In this document: positions 34,993 to 45,307 of the stretch, in pieces
How the letters are laid out: each line of letters begins with the position of its first letter
Numbering within the stretch: position 1 is the first letter of the stretch
Assembly: GCA_965212115.1 (NCBI GenBank)
Contig: CBDBUR010000002.1
Location: 689,731-753,730 of the forward strand
DNA length: 64,000 bases
Direction: 5' to 3'
Origin: Alphaproteobacteria bacterium
Lineage (GTDB): Bacteria; Pseudomonadota; Alphaproteobacteria; JAPOUT01; G958296285
The notes under the pieces: model-generated
Databases searched by the model: none
What the model was told of the DNA's origin: nothing
What the model saw: only the letters and a program-made list of their open reading frames with translations
Translations under genes and position numbers: made by a program

Positions 34993-36270
34993 ATGGCACG
35001 ACGCGCTGAACAAGATAATCGCTTGAACAAAATGCTCGCCCTCGGGCAGGCCGCGCGCCAAGCTGCCGCGCAAATGGCTCAGGCCGCAACCGCACAAAAA
35101 AATCAAGCCCTCAACGCAATGGCACAGACTCTGCGCGAACAGCAAAAAGATATCCTCGCTGCCAATGAACACGACGTCCAAGCCGCGCAAAACAACCTCA
35201 CCGCCGCTAAAATCGATCGCTTGAAACTCAATGATGCCCGCATCGAAGCTATGGCCAAAGGACTCGAAGATATCGCCGCGCTCGACGATCCGATCGGCCA
35301 AGTGATCGACGCTTGGGAAAGACCCAATGGACTCAAAATCGAGCGCCGTCGTACGCCGCTCGGCGTTGTCGGCATGATCTTTGAAAGCCGCCCCAATGTC
35401 ACCGCCGATGCCGGAGGCCTATGTCTCAAAGCCGGCAATGCGTGTCTTTTGCGCCCCGGCTCGGAAAGCGCTGCGAGCAGCACGATAATCCACCATCTCT
35501 TGCAGCAGGGCCTGCGCGAGGCCGGACTGCCCCAAACAGCAATCACCCTGGCGCCTTTGGGCGATCGCTCTGTAGTCGGCGATATGCTCACCGGCCTCAA
35601 CGGCGCGATCGATGTCATCGTGCCGCGCGGCGGTCGCAGCCTCACCGAGCGCGTCCTCACCCAAGCGCGTGTGCCGGTCTTTGCGCATTTGGAGGGCATC
35701 TGTCATATATATATCGACCGCGAGGCTGATCTGCAAAAAGCGTGTGAAATCTCTTTGAACGCAAAAATGCGGCGCACCGCCATTTGCGGCGCTGCTGAAA
35801 CCGTGCTTGTCGATCAAGCCGTGGAGGATAAAATTTTACCCCCGCTCATCACGACTTTCCTCAATGCCGGATGCGAAGTGCGCGGCGATCAAAGCGCGCA
35901 AAACACTAACCCGCAAGTTAAACCCGCCAGCGAAGAAGATTGGCACACCGAATATCTTGACGCGATCATCAGCATAAAATCGGTCGATGGCGTCCAAGGC
36001 GCGATCGATCACATCACGCGCTACGGATCAGATCATACCGAATCGATCATCACCGAAAATGACCAAACCGCAGAGCTCTTTTTATCCAAAGTCGATAGCG
36101 CGATCGTCATGCATAATGCGTCAACCCAATTCGCCGATGGCGGCGAATTCGGCATGGGTGCCGAAATCGGCATCGCAACCGGACGATTCCACGCACGCGG
36201 ACCGGTCGGCGTCGCACAACTGACCAGCTTCAAATATATCGTGCGCGGCAACAGTCAAACACGGCCTTAA
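34993..36270 (+). CDS. proA: Gamma-glutamyl phosphate reductase ProA
   Basis: 425-aa aldehyde-dehydrogenase-family protein. Adjacent to proB. Confidence 0.85.
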   Translation: MARRAEQDNRLNKMLALGQAARQAAAQMAQAATAQKNQALNAMAQTLREQQKDILAANEHDVQAAQNNLTAAKIDRLKLNDARIEAMAKGLEDIAALDDPIGQVIDAWERPNGLKIERRRTPLGVVGMIFESRPNVTADAGGLCLKAGNACLLRPGSESAASSTIIHHLLQQGLREAGLPQTAITLAPLGDRSVVGDMLTGLNGAIDVIVPRGGRSLTERVLTQARVPVFAHLEGICHIYIDREADLQKACEISLNAKMRRTAICGAAETVLVDQAVEDKILPPLITTFLNAGCEVRGDQSAQNTNPQVKPASEEDWHTEYLDAIISIKSVDGVQGAIDHITRYGSDHTESIITENDQTAELFLSKVDSAIVMHNASTQFADGGEFGMGAEIGIATGRFHARGPVGVAQLTSFKYIVRGNSQTRP

Positions 36271-36284
36271 TACGACCCTAATAT

Positions 36285-36866
36285 ATGCCCCAATATATGT
36301 CCCAACCCCCTCTAGACCATTTGCGGGCTGGCATTTTAGGCGGCTCGTTTAATCCTGCCCATCAAGGTCATCTCCATATCAGCCGCGTGGCGCGCCGCGC
36401 GCTCGGACTCGATCTCGTCATCTGGCTTGTCGCGCGGCAAAATCCGTTCAAACCTGATCAACCGCCCTTTCGCCGCAGATTCAAAACAGCCCAAGACAAA
36501 GCAACACCCTCATGGATCATTGTCAGCGATCTCGAACAAAAACTCGGCCTCACGCGAAGTTTCGATGTCCTGCGCGCAATCAAGCGCCGCCATCAAAACA
36601 CAAAATTCGCCTTTCTGATCGGAGATGATCTTTTCTGCCAATTGCCGCTCTGGCATCGCGGCAAGGATATTCCTCGCCTGATGCCGCTCGCCATTCTGCC
36701 GCGCCGCGGCTACAGCCGATCTGCGCGCCATAGCCGTCTCGCCGCACAGCTCGCCGACCATATCCTGCCCGCAAACCAAACCCGCAGCCTCATCGAATTA
36801 TCTCCCCCCGCCATCGCCTTTATCTCCGCGCCGACATGTGATATTTCAAGCTCTATCCTGCGCTGA
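36285..36866 (+). CDS. nadD: Nicotinate-nucleotide adenylyltransferase NadD
   Basis: GILGGSFNPAHQGHLHISR (HxGH nucleotidyltransferase motif). ~190 aa. Confidence 0.8.
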   Translation: MPQYMSQPPLDHLRAGILGGSFNPAHQGHLHISRVARRALGLDLVIWLVARQNPFKPDQPPFRRRFKTAQDKATPSWIIVSDLEQKLGLTRSFDVLRAIKRRHQNTKFAFLIGDDLFCQLPLWHRGKDIPRLMPLAILPRRGYSRSARHSRLAAQLADHILPANQTRSLIELSPPAIAFISAPTCDISSSILR

Positions 36867-36875
36867 ACACAACAT

Positions 36876-38228
36876 TTGACGCAACTAGCCGACTCATGCG
36901 AGTCTACAGATAAAGCATGGAGGACAATCAACGTGTTCATCTCTAACTTTGCGCCCGACGATCGCTACGGCATCAAAACCAACTATCTCAATATGCGCAA
37001 ACAAACCGTTTTGCTCGCCGCGCCGCTCAGCCCCGAAGACCAAACCATCCAGACCATGCCCGATGTCAGCCCAACAAAATGGCACCTCGCTCATACGAGC
37101 TGGTTCTTTGAAACTTTTATCCTCAAACCCTTTCTGCCCTCCTATGAAGAAAAATCCGCCGCCTATGATTATCTGTTCAATTCCTACTACGAGCAAATCG
37201 GACCAAAATGGCCGCGACCTCAACGCGGATTGCTCTCGCGTCCTTCGGTCAGCGAAATTCAAGATTACCGCCTTTATATCGATCAAAACATGGCCAGCCT
37301 CATCGACAAAACTAGCTCAAAAAATTGGGATCAAATCTCATCTTTGATCCTGCTCGGACTCCATCATGAATGGCAGCATCAAGAATTACTGCTCACCGAT
37401 ATTAAACATGTGATCGCGCATAATCCTATGCGCCCGTCAATCTATTCAAAGGCGGCAGAGGAAAAAATCACGCCTGAACCCTCAAAGTGGATCGCGTTTG
37501 AAGGCGGCATCAAAAAACTCGGACGCAGCGAGCAAGAACGCGATTTCCGCTTCGACAATGAAACCCCCAAACATCAAAAACTCATCCAACCGTTTAAACT
37601 AGCCGAAACACTCGTCACCAATCGCGACTATCTCGACTTTATCGAAGATGGCAGCTATGACGATCCTGCGCTCTGGCTCTCCGATGGCTGGGCGCAAAAA
37701 CAAAATGAACAATGGGCCGCACCACTCTATTGGCGTCAAGACAAAAACCAAGGCTGGATGGAATTCACCCTCAGCGGTGAAGTGCTACTCGACGATCACG
37801 CGCCGGTCGTCCATCTGAGCTATTACGAAGCCGCCGCCTATGCCGCGTGGCAAAACAAGCGACTCCCGCGTGAAGAAGAAATCGAAATTGCCTCAAAGTC
37901 GATGCCGATCAGCGGCAACCTTGGCCGCATGATTAAAAATGACACGGCTCAAGCTGTCCATCCGACCGCCGCAAAAGGCGAAGGCCTGCGCCAAATCTAT
38001 GGCGATGTCTGGGAATGGACCCAAAGCCCCTATATCCCCTATCCAGGCTATCGTGCCGCAAAAAACGCTATCGGCGAATATAATGGCAAATTCATGTGCA
38101 ACCAATTCGTGCTCAAGGGAGGCTCTTGCGCAACTGCCAAAGAACAAGCGCGCCCCAGCTATCGCAACTTCTTCCCGCCCGATGCGCGCTGGCAATTTTC
38201 CGGCCTGCGTCTTGCTGAGGATGGCTGA
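36876..38228 (+). CDS. egtB: Ergothioneine biosynthesis sulfoxide synthase EgtB (DinB_2 + FGE-sulfatase domains)
   Basis: WHLAHTSWFFETF (DinB-like metal-binding region) and C-terminal GDVWEWTQSPYIPYPGY (FGE-like). Adjacent to egtD. True start may be an internal Met (MRKQTVLL). Confidence 0.7.
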   Translation: MTQLADSCESTDKAWRTINVFISNFAPDDRYGIKTNYLNMRKQTVLLAAPLSPEDQTIQTMPDVSPTKWHLAHTSWFFETFILKPFLPSYEEKSAAYDYLFNSYYEQIGPKWPRPQRGLLSRPSVSEIQDYRLYIDQNMASLIDKTSSKNWDQISSLILLGLHHEWQHQELLLTDIKHVIAHNPMRPSIYSKAAEEKITPEPSKWIAFEGGIKKLGRSEQERDFRFDNETPKHQKLIQPFKLAETLVTNRDYLDFIEDGSYDDPALWLSDGWAQKQNEQWAAPLYWRQDKNQGWMEFTLSGEVLLDDHAPVVHLSYYEAAAYAAWQNKRLPREEEIEIASKSMPISGNLGRMIKNDTAQAVHPTAAKGEGLRQIYGDVWEWTQSPYIPYPGYRAAKNAIGEYNGKFMCNQFVLKGGSCATAKEQARPSYRNFFPPDARWQFSGLRLAEDG

Positions 38229-39187
38229 TGTCTCAACTCACTTTCTTTGAAGATCACAAACCCGACCAAGGCGACTTCCTCACCGATATGCTCGCGGGCA
38301 TGGCGCAGACGCCAAAATCGATCTCGCCAAAATATCTCTACGACGAGCGCGGCTCGAAATTGTTCGAAGATATTTGCCGCACAAAAGATTATTACATCAC
38401 CCGCACCGAAATCGCTTTGCTGAACGAAATCGGCGACGAGCTCGCTAAACTCGCCGGACATCATATCAACCTCGTCGAGTTCGGCATGGGCGACGGACAA
38501 AAAGCGCGCATGATCTTAACCAAGCTGCAAAACCCGCGCGGGTTTATCGGCATCGATATCAATCGTGAGCAACTGCATGATCGCATCATGCTGATCGCCC
38601 GCGACTTTCCTGCCGTTGGGGTGGGCGGCATCTGCGCCGATTTCTTTAAGCTGGACATTCTCCCTGAAAATAAAAAAGCACGGCGCAATATCGGCTTCTT
38701 CCCCGGCTCAACGATCGGAAACTTCCTCCCCGATGAACAAAAAAAACTTATGCGCTCTATAGCCAAAACGCTCGGCGCACAAGGCAGCCTCATCATCGGC
38801 GTCGACCTCAAAAAAGACCCAAACCTCGTCCACGCCGCCTACGATGACGGACAAGGCATCACCGCCGCTTTCACCCTCAACCTCATTACGAGAATTAACC
38901 GCGAACTCAATGGCGAAATCGATCAATCCGGCTTCAAACACGAAGCCGTCTATAATGAACAAAAAGGCCGCATCGAAATCTGCCTGCGCAGCCTGCGCGA
39001 TCAAACCTTGACGATCGGCCCGCACCAATTCGCCGTCCACAAAGACGAGCCCATCCATACCGAAAAATCCTACAAATTCACAATCGACCAATTCCAACAA
39101 CTCGCGCGCTCAACCGGCTTCCGGCCGCGCAAAAGCTGGACCGATAAAAATCAGCTCTTCTCCATCCACTGGCTGGATGTCACTTGA
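38228..39187 (+). CDS. egtD: L-histidine N-alpha-methyltransferase EgtD
   Basis: MSQLTFFEDHKPDQGDFLTDMLAGMAQTPKSISPKYLYDERGSKLFEDICRTKDYYITRTE is an EgtD-family N-terminus. SAM-MTase fold. 319 aa. Confidence 0.75.
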   Translation: MSQLTFFEDHKPDQGDFLTDMLAGMAQTPKSISPKYLYDERGSKLFEDICRTKDYYITRTEIALLNEIGDELAKLAGHHINLVEFGMGDGQKARMILTKLQNPRGFIGIDINREQLHDRIMLIARDFPAVGVGGICADFFKLDILPENKKARRNIGFFPGSTIGNFLPDEQKKLMRSIAKTLGAQGSLIIGVDLKKDPNLVHAAYDDGQGITAAFTLNLITRINRELNGEIDQSGFKHEAVYNEQKGRIEICLRSLRDQTLTIGPHQFAVHKDEPIHTEKSYKFTIDQFQQLARSTGFRPRKSWTDKNQLFSIHWLDVT

Positions 39188-39513
39188 TGACAAAAAACCT
39201 CGAGATCGTCAAAACATGCCTCGATGACGGCAAAGCCGAAAATATCCTCTATATTGATCTCGATCAAAACATCGCACTCGCCGATTATATCGTCGTCGCC
39301 TCCGGCATGAACGCCCGACACGTCATCGCCCTCGCCGAACGCTGCGCCGAACACCTCAAAAAACACGCCAAAATCAACGCGCGAATCGAAGGCCTCCCCG
39401 CCGGAAATTGGGTGCTCGTCGATGCCGGTGATATCGTCGTCCATATCTTCCGGCCCGAAGTGCGCGCTTATTATCAGATCGAAGGCATTTGGAGCCAAAA
39501 CAACCCTCAATGA
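39184..39513 (+). CDS. rsfS: Ribosomal silencing factor RsfS (Iojap family)
   Basis: 109 aa. [19 protein letters not shown]... is an Iojap-like core. Confidence 0.75.
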   Translation: MMTKNLEIVKTCLDDGKAENILYIDLDQNIALADYIVVASGMNARHVIALAERCAEHLKKHAKINARIEGLPAGNWVLVDAGDIVVHIFRPEVRAYYQIEGIWSQNNPQ

Positions 39514-39583
39514 AAATTTCCCTCATGAGGGTTTGCCTAATGAGGGTTTGACAGACCCATTTCTCTCCCTTAGTTTCGGTTCC

Positions 39584-40333
39584 ATGAAAATCCTTGTCCC
39601 CATCAAACGCGTCGTCGATTATAACGTCAAAATCCACGTCAAGCCCGATGGCTCCGGCGTCGATCTAGCCAATATCAAAATGTCCATGAACCCGTTCGAC
39701 GAAATCGCCGTCGAACAGGCGGTGCAGCTCAAAGAAGCAGGCGACGCTCAAGAGATCATCGCCGTCTCCATCGGCGACAAAGCCGCCGCCGAAACCGTGC
39801 GCACCGCTCTAGCTATGGGCGCTGATCGCGGCATCCTCATCACCACCGACCTTATGCCCGAACCTCTCGCCGTTGCCAAGCTGCTCAAGGCCGTCGCCGA
39901 TGAAGAAAAACCCGATTTGATGATCCTCGGCAAACAGGCCATCGACGATGATTGCAATCAAACCGGCCAGATGCTCGCCGCTTTGCTCGGCTGGGCGCAG
40001 GGAACTTTTGCCTCCAAATTGAAAATCGAAAATAATCACGCGACAGTCACACGCGAAATCGATGGCGGTCTGCAAACGATCAAAATCAAAATGCCCGCGA
40101 TCATCACCACCGACCTGCGCCTCAATGAGCCGCGCTACGCAAGCCTGCCCAACATCATGAAAGCCAAGAAAAAAGAAATCGCCGCAAAAACCGCCGCTGA
40201 TTATAGCGTCGATATCACACCGCACCTCGATGTGCTCAAAACCACGCCGCCGCCCGAACGCACAGGCGGCGGAAAAGTCGAAAGCGCCGCCGAATTGGTC
40301 GAAAAACTCAAAAACGAAGCCGGAGTGATTTAA
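39584..40333 (+). CDS. etfB: Electron transfer flavoprotein beta subunit
   Basis: Start [17 protein letters not shown] at 39584 (canonical EtfB N-terminus). Confidence 0.85.
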   Translation: MKILVPIKRVVDYNVKIHVKPDGSGVDLANIKMSMNPFDEIAVEQAVQLKEAGDAQEIIAVSIGDKAAAETVRTALAMGADRGILITTDLMPEPLAVAKLLKAVADEEKPDLMILGKQAIDDDCNQTGQMLAALLGWAQGTFASKLKIENNHATVTREIDGGLQTIKIKMPAIITTDLRLNEPRYASLPNIMKAKKKEIAAKTAADYSVDITPHLDVLKTTPPPERTGGGKVESAAELVEKLKNEAGVI

Positions 40334-40334
40334 T

Positions 40335-41279
40335 ATGGCCGTGCTCGTCATCGCTGAACATGATAACCAGACGCTCAATGCGGCAACCGCAAAAGTCGTC
40401 GGTGCCGCTGCGCAAATCGACAAAGATATCGCCGTGCTCGTCGCCGGACACCAATGCGATCAAGCCGCTCAAAGCGCCGCAAAACTCGAAGGCGTCGCAA
40501 AAGTCCTGCACACCGAACATCAAAGTCTGGCCAAACATCTCGCCGAACCCATGGCCGACCTCATCGTCAAACTCGCCGCTGATTACGAACATATCCTCGC
40601 CGCCGCCACAACAATGGGTAAAAATATCCTGCCGCGCGTCGCCGCTCTGCTCGATGTCGCGCAGATCTCCGAAATTAGCGCGGTCATCAACCCCGATCAG
40701 TTCGAACGCCCCATCTATGCCGGTAATGCGATCCAAACCGTCAAAAGCAAAGACAGCAAAAAAGTCATGACCGTGCGCGGCACCTCTTTCGCCGCCGCTC
40801 AAGAAACCGGCGCGGCTGCCGTCGAAAAAATCGACGCCCAAGACCTCAAAACCAATCTGTCCGAATATATCAACGAAGAACTCACGCAATCCGATCGCCC
40901 CGAACTGACCGCCGCGCGAATCGTCATCTCCGGCGGGCGCGGCATGCAATCAGGCGACAACTTCGCGCTGCTCGAAAAAATCGCCGACAAGCTCGGTGCC
41001 GCAATCGGCGCCTCGCGCGCCGCCGTCGATGCCGGCTACGTCCCCAATGATTACCAAGTCGGTCAAACCGGTAAAACCGTCGCGCCCGAACTCTACATCG
41101 CCGTCGGCATATCCGGCGCGATCCAGCACCTCGCCGGCATGAAAGATTCCAAAACCATCGTCGCCATCAATAAAGACGAAGAAGCGCCCATCATGCAAAT
41201 CGCCGATTATGGCCTCGTCGCCGACCTCTTCACCGCCATCCCCGAACTAGAAGAAGCCTTGAACAAAGCTGGCTATTGA
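40335..41279 (+). CDS. etfA: Electron transfer flavoprotein alpha subunit
   Basis: [25 protein letters not shown]... C-terminal FAD-binding [23 protein letters not shown]. Confidence 0.85.
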   Translation: MAVLVIAEHDNQTLNAATAKVVGAAAQIDKDIAVLVAGHQCDQAAQSAAKLEGVAKVLHTEHQSLAKHLAEPMADLIVKLAADYEHILAAATTMGKNILPRVAALLDVAQISEISAVINPDQFERPIYAGNAIQTVKSKDSKKVMTVRGTSFAAAQETGAAAVEKIDAQDLKTNLSEYINEELTQSDRPELTAARIVISGGRGMQSGDNFALLEKIADKLGAAIGASRAAVDAGYVPNDYQVGQTGKTVAPELYIAVGISGAIQHLAGMKDSKTIVAINKDEEAPIMQIADYGLVADLFTAIPELEEALNKAGY

Positions 41280-41472
41280 CTCACCCAACACGCGCTCAAA
41301 GCTAAAAGACCCACCACAGCCAACTGACCCCATACCCGCACACGCATCAATGTCTGCGCCCGCAAAGAAGAGCGATCCGATCGCACCATGTTATAAAAAC
41401 CCAAAAATAACACGGCCGCAACAAACCCTAGACCAAGCAAAGCAAAATAGATCATCAAAGAGCATAACATAG

Positions 41473-42129
41473 ATGAAAAAAAATATACTCGACGGACCTA
41501 AACTCGATGCCGCCTCAAGACAGACCGACAGCCTCGTCGTGTTCTGCCATGGCTACGGCGCTAACGGCGCCGATCTCATCGGGCTCGCCCCCTATTGGCA
41601 AAAACTTCTGCCCAACACAGCGTTTGCCTCTCCCAACGCGCCCGATCCATGCGACGCCGGAGGCTCGGGTTATCAATGGTTTGCGATCACACGCCATGAT
41701 CCCGCAGCAATGCGCCGCGGCGTCGAAAATGCCGCCCAGCTCTTTGAAAACTTTTTGGCCCACGAATTATCCCGACTCCAAATTGACGATTCAAGACTAG
41801 CCCTCGTCGGCTTCAGTCAAGGGACAATGATCTCGCTCCATGCCGGTCTGCGACGCAACAACGCGCCGGCGGCAATCTGTGGCTATTCAGGTGCTCTGAT
41901 CGCCAGCGATGAACTCAACCAAATCACGGCAAGGCCGCCAATTTTGCTGATCCATGGCGATAAAGATCCAATGGTGCCGCCAACCGCAAGCCTGACCGCC
42001 GCTCAAGCCCTGAGCGAAGCTGGACTTGACGCCAAACATCATATCAGCCGCGGCGGCGGCCATACGATCATGCCTGACGGCCTCGAATTGGGCGGGCTGT
42101 TTTTAGCCACACATCTCAAAACGCCTTAA
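41473..42129 (+). CDS. Alpha/beta hydrolase, phospholipase/carboxylesterase family
   Basis: 218 aa. FSQGTMISL (GxSxG nucleophile elbow) and a conserved His near the C-terminus. Confidence 0.6.
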   Translation: MKKNILDGPKLDAASRQTDSLVVFCHGYGANGADLIGLAPYWQKLLPNTAFASPNAPDPCDAGGSGYQWFAITRHDPAAMRRGVENAAQLFENFLAHELSRLQIDDSRLALVGFSQGTMISLHAGLRRNNAPAAICGYSGALIASDELNQITARPPILLIHGDKDPMVPPTASLTAAQALSEAGLDAKHHISRGGGHTIMPDGLELGGLFLATHLKTP

Positions 42130-42193
42130 GCAGCGATAAGACCTTGAAATAACTGATTTCTTTTATCAGGGCAGATCATGCTATAATAATTTC

Positions 42194-43210
42194 ATGCGGC
42201 TGAACCAGATTCTTACCGAAAGCCAGAAGGCAAAGATCCGCAAACGCTCTTATATGCGCAATCTCTGGCTGATCGTTCATGCTTGGAGCGTGATCGCGCT
42301 TACAATGACAGCGTTTGTGCTTGCGCCGCATTGGGCGATCGCCGCCGCCTTTTATCCGCTCGCGGTTGCGCTGATCGGCGCGCGGCAGCTCGGCCTCGCC
42401 GTGCTGATGCATGATGCCGCCCATGGCACAATCCATCCAAACCGCTATATCAATGACTGGATCAGCGATCTGTTTTTCGCTTGGCCGGTCATCGCGCGCA
42501 CCGACTCCTATCGCCGCTATCACCTCAAACATCATGCGCGCACACAGCAGGAAGATGATCCCGATCTGATCCTCTCTGCGCCTTTCCCGATCACGCGCGC
42601 AAGCCTGCGGCGCAAATTCATTCGCGACCTGACCGGCCAGACCGGATACCAGCAGCGCAAAGCGCAGATCATCGCCGCGCTAGGCAACCCCGCATGGAGC
42701 CTCAAAGCGCGATGCAGATATTTCATCAGCAAATTAGGAGGACCCCTCGCGGCACAGCTCGTCATCTTAGCCATCCTCACCTTCGCCGGATATCCCGAAC
42801 TTTATCTTTTGCTCTGGCTCATTCCCTTTTTGACCTGGCATCAATTGGTCACGCGCATCCGCAATATCGCCGAACACGCCGTCGTGCCCGATAATGACGA
42901 CCCCCTGCGCAACACCAGAACAACACGCGCCGGATGGCGCGCGCGCGCCTTTATCGCCCCCTATTGGGTCAATTATCATATTGAACATCATTTGCTGATG
43001 TGGGTGCCGTGCTATCGGCTGCCGCGCTTGCAAAAATATCTCGTGCAAAACGGCCTCACCGAAAACATGGAGACCGAAGCCTCCTATCTCGATGTGCTCA
43101 AACGCGCCGCCTCGCTGCCCGACAAAGATGATCGCCGCGGCGAGCTCGTTCATCATACGCGGCGCAAAACCGGTTCTTTCGGAGAGGGTTTCGCTAATCC
43201 AAATCCTTAA
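42194..43210 (+). CDS. Membrane fatty-acid desaturase family protein
   Basis: His-box motifs HDAAHG, HLKHHAR and EHHL, with TM helices. Confidence 0.65.
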   Translation: MRLNQILTESQKAKIRKRSYMRNLWLIVHAWSVIALTMTAFVLAPHWAIAAAFYPLAVALIGARQLGLAVLMHDAAHGTIHPNRYINDWISDLFFAWPVIARTDSYRRYHLKHHARTQQEDDPDLILSAPFPITRASLRRKFIRDLTGQTGYQQRKAQIIAALGNPAWSLKARCRYFISKLGGPLAAQLVILAILTFAGYPELYLLLWLIPFLTWHQLVTRIRNIAEHAVVPDNDDPLRNTRTTRAGWRARAFIAPYWVNYHIEHHLLMWVPCYRLPRLQKYLVQNGLTENMETEASYLDVLKRAASLPDKDDRRGELVHHTRRKTGSFGEGFANPNP

Positions 43211-43218
43211 ACGCGCAC

Positions 43219-43746
43219 CTAAAAACGCGAGGAGAGCGCAATCGCAAGCCGACAGGCCGCCGCAATCCCTAAGCGCATCACAGGGAAATTATCCTCGCCT
43301 TCCAAAAGCGCAATATCGCGATGCGCTCGCTCATCATCGCGAAAGCGCGCGATCTCCTGCTTCAAGACTTTATCCTCCTCGCCCAGTCCATCGAGCTCTA
43401 GCTCGTCGAGCTGGCGGGTATAATGATCGTCAATCACCTCCTCCACCGCCTGCGTGCAGGCCATCGCCGCCTGCCGTCCCAGCAAAGCGGTCGCAGCGCC
43501 CAGCATAAACCCAGCTGCGTGCCAAACCGGCAAAAGAGCCGTCGGGCGAATGTTCTCCCGCGCGATCATCTCCTCAAAAAAGGCAAGATGTTCCTGCTCA
43601 TGCGCGGCCATCTCCTTGACTTGGCGCGCCGCGCGCTTATTGCTGCGGTCAAACAAAGCCGCCTGACCTTGATAAATGCGCACCGCGCCATATTCTCCAG
43701 CGTGATTGACGCGCGCCATCACATCAGTTTTCTTTTCTTGACTCAT
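43219..43746 (-). CDS. coq7: Demethoxyubiquinone hydroxylase Coq7 (ferritin-like di-iron)
   Basis: VNHAGEYGAVRIYQGQ...EQEHLAFFEEM... and paired ExxH motifs. Start chosen at MSQEKK. Confidence 0.75.
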   Translation of the reverse strand: MSQEKKTDVMARVNHAGEYGAVRIYQGQAALFDRSNKRAARQVKEMAAHEQEHLAFFEEMIARENIRPTALLPVWHAAGFMLGAATALLGRQAAMACTQAVEEVIDDHYTRQLDELELDGLGEEDKVLKQEIARFRDDERAHRDIALLEGEDNFPVMRLGIAAACRLAIALSSRF

Positions 43747-44767
43747 CAAAGTTCCCAATCGTCCACCCGGTGAATAAGGTAAATAAGGTGAATCCGGCAA
43801 AAGCCAGAGAGATTAAAAAATTATACCCCGCCAGCGACACTCCCCACAAGCGCCATGGCGCTTCATCACAGCGGAGCGGCTCGGCAGTGGCGAGCTGCGT
43901 CATCAGGCCTTGTGTGCTCTCGGCGATGTCTGCTGCCACCGCGCATTGTGCCGGACCAGGCCACCAAGCCCATTCCACGCCCGCATGATAGCCTCCTAAT
44001 ATCGCGCTTGCGATAAATATCAAGAAACATAAAACCAGAACGCTCCAGCGAAGACGCTCAAGCGGCAAAAACAAGGCCGCAAAACAAAGAGCGGCCACCG
44101 CATAATAAGGCCAGCGCTGCCACAAACAAAGCTCGCACGGCGCAAGTCCCAAAACATATTCAAAATAAAAAACCCCCAGCAAAACAATCAACACACCCGC
44201 AAGAATTAAAAACAAAGCCTGTTTCAATTTTGTGCCGAAAGCCAGCCGCAGCAAAAACTCTTCCGCCGCAGGCCCCCAAACACGACACAGACCCGCCACA
44301 ATAAAAAATCTCCCGCCGCGACCCAGCAGACTGAAAAAAATAAAAACAAATGGATTCAAAGAGGCCGCGCCGCTCGTGATGGCGATCACTTTATAAGGAA
44401 TCGGCGTGAACGCGCCAACCAACACAACCGCTATCCCATAATTTTGATAAAGACCCTCAAAGCGCGCAAATTGCTCGCGCAGTCCGTAAAGATCAAGCAA
44501 AGCCCAGCCAAAATAATCCATGAAAAATACGCCGATGAGATAGCCAACAATGCCGCCCGCAACCGAAAACAGAGTCGTCAATCCGGCCAAGCGCCAAGCG
44601 CGCGCGGGTGAGGCGATCGTCATCGGCGCGAGCAGAACGTCAGGCGGCAGAGGAGAAATAATCGCCTCAGAAACGCTCGCCGCCGCCAAAACCAGCAGCG
44701 CCCAGCGCGAACGAACCCCCTCGCGCAAACGCCGATAAAATGGCGGAAATGTCGCTGCCGTCTCCAT
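43724..44767 (-). CDS. Membrane protein with N-terminal DedA/VTT-like domain fused to a C-terminal DsbB-like domain
   Basis: The N-terminal half is polytopic and DedA/YqaA-like. The C-terminal half has LAPCELCLWQRWPYY (DsbB-type CxxC in the first periplasmic loop). Confidence 0.5.
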   Translation of the reverse strand: METAATFPPFYRRLREGVRSRWALLVLAAASVSEAIISPLPPDVLLAPMTIASPARAWRLAGLTTLFSVAGGIVGYLIGVFFMDYFGWALLDLYGLREQFARFEGLYQNYGIAVVLVGAFTPIPYKVIAITSGAASLNPFVFIFFSLLGRGGRFFIVAGLCRVWGPAAEEFLLRLAFGTKLKQALFLILAGVLIVLLGVFYFEYVLGLAPCELCLWQRWPYYAVAALCFAALFLPLERLRWSVLVLCFLIFIASAILGGYHAGVEWAWWPGPAQCAVAADIAESTQGLMTQLATAEPLRCDEAPWRLWGVSLAGYNFLISLAFAGFTLFTLFTGWTIGNFDESRKEN

Positions 44768-44928
44768 CTGACCAACCTTACCCCGCAGCCTCTATCTTGC
44801 CAAATCCCCTCCCCCCACGCCTAGCGTGCGCCTAGCGCCGAGCCGCCCGCCCGACCATATATGCCTAGCCCGCGCCGCGCAGACATGCCTAGTCCGCGCA
44901 GCGTAAATATGATAGTAAAAAGAGGAAG

Positions 44929-45260
44929 GGCGCTGTGGCGGAATTGGTAGACGCGACGGACTTCAAAAGGGGTTGCTCCGGGGGAAACGCCGGAAGTAGA
45001 ACTCGTCAAATTCGGTGAACGCCTCCAGTCCGGCTGAGGCCAACGCCGAGCGAAGCCCCAGCCCGCAAGGGCGGGGAACGTGTAGAGACTAGACGGCGGG
45101 CAGCTAAGTGGCGGCGGTGTATAAGTTTTCACTACCCCATAGGCCGAAGGCATAGTCCAGCGCACAAAGAAGAGGCCTCTCTTCGCGGTGAAAACCGCAG
45201 TGTGATGCAAAATCCGTTGTCCGCAAGGATGTGAGAGTTCGAGTCTCTCCAGCGCCACCA
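44929..45260 (+). tRNA. tRNA-Leu (type II, probable anticodon CAA) interrupted by a ~245-nt group I intron (44963-45207); encoded CCA
   Basis: 5' exon GGCGCTGTGGCGGAATTGGTAGACGCGACGGACT and 3' exon CAAAATCCGT-TGTCCGCAAGGATGTG-GAGAGTTCGAGTCTCTC-CAGCGCC-ACCA together form a complete cloverleaf (acceptor GGCGCUG/CAGCGCC, anticodon stem ACGGA/UCCGU, long variable arm). The insert carries the group I R element (tAGAGACTAGa, 45083-45093) and S element (cATAGTCC, 45151-45158), and ends in G. Confidence 0.75.
44963..45207 (+). ncRNA. Group I self-splicing intron (ORF-less) in the tRNA-Leu anticodon loop
   Basis: Begins after a U of the 5' exon and ends with G (omega-G). R/S elements can form P7 (GACU/AGUC). 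~245 nt, typical of tRNA group I introns. Confidence 0.7.
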
Positions 45261-45307
45261 TTTATGCTATAATAATAAGACAAAGGGAAAAACAGGGAGG
45301 TATCATT

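Noticed and set aside
39521-39556. Short direct repeat catgagggtttg(c/a)c upstream of etfB
   Set aside because: Only two short copies. Could be a regulator binding site but there is no further support, and it is too small for a mobile-element end.
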